DNA of 64,000 nucleotides, from contig NC_057720.1 in the NCBI RefSeq assembly GCF_004010195.1, positions 11,212,999 through 11,276,998 on the forward strand, written 5' to 3'. Numbering within the stretch: the first letter of the stretch is position 1; each line of letters opens with the position of its first letter. Of the stretch, positions 60,813-64,000 are shown piece by piece. A program made the translations under genes and the position numbers. The notes under the pieces are model-generated. The model did no database searches, had not been told where the DNA came from, and worked only from the letters and a program-made list of their open reading frames with translations. Origin of the DNA: Chiloscyllium plagiosum (taxonomy: Eukaryota).

Positions 60813-61670
60813 AGAGTCATAGAGATGTACAGCATGGAAACAGACCCTTCAGTCCAACCCTTCCATGCTGACCAGATATCCCAACCCAATCTAGTCCCAC
60901 CTGCCAGCACCCGGCGATATCCCTCCAAACCCTTCCTATTCATATACCCATCCAAATGCCTCTTAAATGTTGCAATTGTACCAGCCTCCACCACTTCCTC
61001 TGGCAACTCATTCCATACACGTACCACCCTCTGCGTGAAAAGGTTGCCCCTTAGGTCTCCTTTATAACTTCCACCTCTCACCCTAAACCTATGCCCTCTA
61101 GTTCTGGACTCCCCAACCCCAGGGAAAAGACTTTGCCTATTTACCCTATCCATGCCATCATAATTTTGTAAACCTCTATAAGGTCACCCCTCAGCCTCCA
61201 ACGCTCCAGGGAAAATAGCCCCAGCCTGTTCAGCCTCTCCCTATAGCTCAAATCCTCCAACCCTGGCAACATCCTTGTAAATCTTTTCTGAATCCTTTCC
61301 AGTTTCACATCTTTCCGATAGGAAGGAGACATAAATTGCACGCAATATTTCAACAGTGGCCTAACCAATGTCCTGTACAGCCACAACATGACTTCCCAAC
61401 TCCCGCACTCAATACTCTGACCAATAAAGGAAAGCATACCAAGCACCTTCTTCACTATCCTATCTACCTGTGACTCCACTTTCAAGGAGCTATGAACCTG
61501 CACTCTAAGGTCTCTTTGTTCAGCAACACTCCCTAGGACCTTACCATTAAGTGTATAAGTCCTGCTAAGATTTGCTTTCCCAAAAAATGCAGCACCTCAC
61601 ATTTATCTGAATTAAACTCCATCTGCCACTTCTCAGCTCATTGGCCCATCTGATCCAGATCCTGTTGTAA
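60813..61670 (-). mobile_element. 5'-truncated CR1, same subfamily as 5861-10245
   Basis: ORFs 61141..61503 and 60752..61153; close match to 5861-6720. Confidence 0.95.
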
Positions 61671-61767
61671 TTATCATTCACACGCGAGCCTAAATTATAA
61701 AACAAGCTCTTCATCCACAGACAGCATTAGAATCCAGAATGAAAGAGCTTTTACTCATATGTGCTTA

Positions 61768-62072
61768 TTAGATTAGATTCCCTACAGTATGGAAACAGGC
61801 CCTTCGGCCCAACAAGTCCACACCAATCCTCTAAAGAGCAACCCACCCAGACATTCACCCCTAACTAATGCATCTAACACTAGACGCAATTAAGCATGGC
61901 CAATTCACCTAACCTACAGATCTTCGGACTGTGTGAAGAAACTGGAGCACCTAGATGAAATCCACACAGACACGGGGAGAATGTGCAAACTCCACACAGA
62001 CAGTTGCCTGAGACGGGAATTGAACCCAGGTCCCTGGCACTGTGAGGCAGCAGTGCTAACCACTGAACCACT
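61768..62072 (-). mobile_element. HE1-type V-SINE
   Basis: Reverse-complement head, V-domain, tail. Confidence 0.92.
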
Positions 62073-62134
62073 CTTATGCATGGACTGAATTTGTTATATG
62101 TCACCCTCTGTAACATTGTGACTCTGTAATACTA

Positions 62135-62336
62135 CAAGTCACTCTGTTAAAATGCATGTTTCGTTAATGCAAATTCGCTGTAACACAATTGACGAATTGG
62201 GGACACTGTTTTAAAGCATGTATTGGTTATCATGCTATTCTGGCCCCATTAGTTTAAATGGTGCTGCTAGTACACAAATTTCTTACAACACGGGTTGCAC
62301 AAGAATGGAACTACCACATTACAGCAGAACTGACTG
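62135..62336. mobile_element. Tigger/pogo-like MITE
   Basis: TA at 62133-62134 and 62337-62338; right end cattacagcagaactgactg, degenerate left end caagtcactctgttaaaatg. Confidence 0.65.
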
Positions 62337-62460
62337 TACATGTTTGTGCGTGCATGTTATCCACAACAAGATGTCCTCACTTAAAGCCAGAGTTGCATTC
62401 ATATAATTCAGGACTTTAAGATGACTCTAAGTTATAGGTGTTTATAAAATCATGAGGGGC

Positions 62461-62975
62461 ATAGAACATGGAACATAGAAAAATACAGCACAGAACAGGC
62501 CCATAGGCCCACGATGTTGTGCCGAGGTTTAATCCTAATGTAAAATATACTAACTTAACCTACGCACCCCTCAACTCACTGCTATCCATGTGCAAGTCCA
62601 GCAGTCGCTTAAATGTCCCCAATGACTCTGCTACCACCACCACAGCTGGCAACACATTCCATGCATTCACAACTCTCTGCGTAAAGAACCTACCTCTGAC
62701 GTCACCTTTATACCTTACTCCTAATATCTTAAAACTATGACTTCTCGTACCAGTCAATCCTGCCCTGGGGAAAAGTCTCTGGCTATTGACTCTATCTATT
62801 CCTCTCCTTATTTTGTACACCTCGATCAGGTTTCCTCTCTTCCTCCTTCTCTCCAGAGAGAAAAGTCCGAGCTTATTCAACCTTTCTTCATAAGGCAAGC
62901 CCTCCAGTCCAGGCAGCTTCCTGGTAAACCTTCTTTGCACCCTCTCCAAAGCCTCTGTATCTTTCCTATAGTAGG
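62461..62975 (-). mobile_element. CR1 3' end running into gap
   Basis: ORF 62560..62949 CR1 ORF2 C-terminus; agaacat tail. Confidence 0.93.
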
Positions 62976-63475
62976 NNNNNNNNNNNNNNNNNNNNNNNNN
63001 NNNNNNNNNNNNNNNNNNNNNNNNNNNNNNNNNNNNNNNNNNNNNNNNNNNNNNNNNNNNNNNNNNNNNNNNNNNNNNNNNNNNNNNNNNNNNNNNNNNN
63101 NNNNNNNNNNNNNNNNNNNNNNNNNNNNNNNNNNNNNNNNNNNNNNNNNNNNNNNNNNNNNNNNNNNNNNNNNNNNNNNNNNNNNNNNNNNNNNNNNNNN
63201 NNNNNNNNNNNNNNNNNNNNNNNNNNNNNNNNNNNNNNNNNNNNNNNNNNNNNNNNNNNNNNNNNNNNNNNNNNNNNNNNNNNNNNNNNNNNNNNNNNNN
63301 NNNNNNNNNNNNNNNNNNNNNNNNNNNNNNNNNNNNNNNNNNNNNNNNNNNNNNNNNNNNNNNNNNNNNNNNNNNNNNNNNNNNNNNNNNNNNNNNNNNN
63401 NNNNNNNNNNNNNNNNNNNNNNNNNNNNNNNNNNNNNNNNNNNNNNNNNNNNNNNNNNNNNNNNNNNNNNNNNNN
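62976..63475. other. Assembly gap (500 N)
   Basis: N bases. Confidence 1.
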
Positions 63476-63522
63476 GTGAAATCAGCGATCCTTTTCGAGG
63501 GAGGAGGAGAATTTCTTCAAGG

Positions 63523-63681
63523 TGGGCATCTTTGGACTGTGGGAGGAAAGCAAAGCACATGGAGGAAACCCTCACAGGCACAGGAAGCATGCACAAACCC
63601 CACACAGACAGTCACCTTAGGCTGGAATTGAACCAAGATCCTTGTTACTATGAGGCAGCAGTGCTAGCCAATGTGCTACCC
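63523..63681 (-). mobile_element. HE1-type V-SINE 5' part
   Basis: Reverse-complement head and V-domain. Confidence 0.8.
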
Positions 63682-64000
63682 AACAACAATGCATTTAGCA
63701 ACCTCACAGATGAAGCCATGTTGCAACTCTTGCGATGGTGTGACAGGCACAACAGTGCAAGGCACGGCCAGGAAGTAAGGGATCGAAAAATGGGAAAGGC
63801 ACTCGACATGAGGACACCTTTTTTTTAAAAGAAAGAAGGAACTTTAAAGTGAGAATTTTTTTAAAAGGAAAGACTTAAAATGAAGAATCCTTGCAAAAGC
63901 ATAGATCGTGTTTTTCATATTTTCAGGATGTCCTGAGAGCTTTATTATCAATCTTTTTGAAGTCTCGTCACTGCTATAAATACAGAAAAGGCAACAGTTA

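Noticed and set aside
62737..63828. 363 aa ORF (also other X-containing ORFs)
   Set aside because: Artefact of reading through N gaps

Overview
Eukaryotic, repeat-saturated DNA, almost certainly from a shark or other elasmobranch (inferred from ~16 HE1-type V-SINEs, HER1-type CR1 LINEs and SacSINE1-like DeuSINEs). I found no convincing host protein-coding exon, rRNA, true tRNA gene or CRISPR array; essentially all long ORFs are retroelement remnants or their antisense shadows, so the window looks intergenic or intronic. Contents: many CR1 fragments including one near full-length copy (5.9-10.2 kb); Rex1, L2 and Tx1-like 3' ends; solo LTRs; a 5' half of a class I endogenous retrovirus (LTR, PBS-Pro, splice donor, gag); a Tigger-like MITE; three assembly gaps. 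Two systems stand out. (1) Several Penelope-like element (PLE) families carry minimal hammerhead ribozyme motifs with clear covariation (including a U3-A8 core variant and ACGU/AGCU palindromic helix III), and they repeatedly occur as short TSD-flanked fold-back palindromes whose breakpoints cluster at the ribozyme. (2) A second CR1-group LINE lineage appears to start with a tRNA-like Pol III head running directly into ORF2 with no room for ORF1, and an abundant SINE here looks like its internal-deletion derivative. Family names come from recognition, not database search; boundaries of old repeats are approximate (tens of bp).
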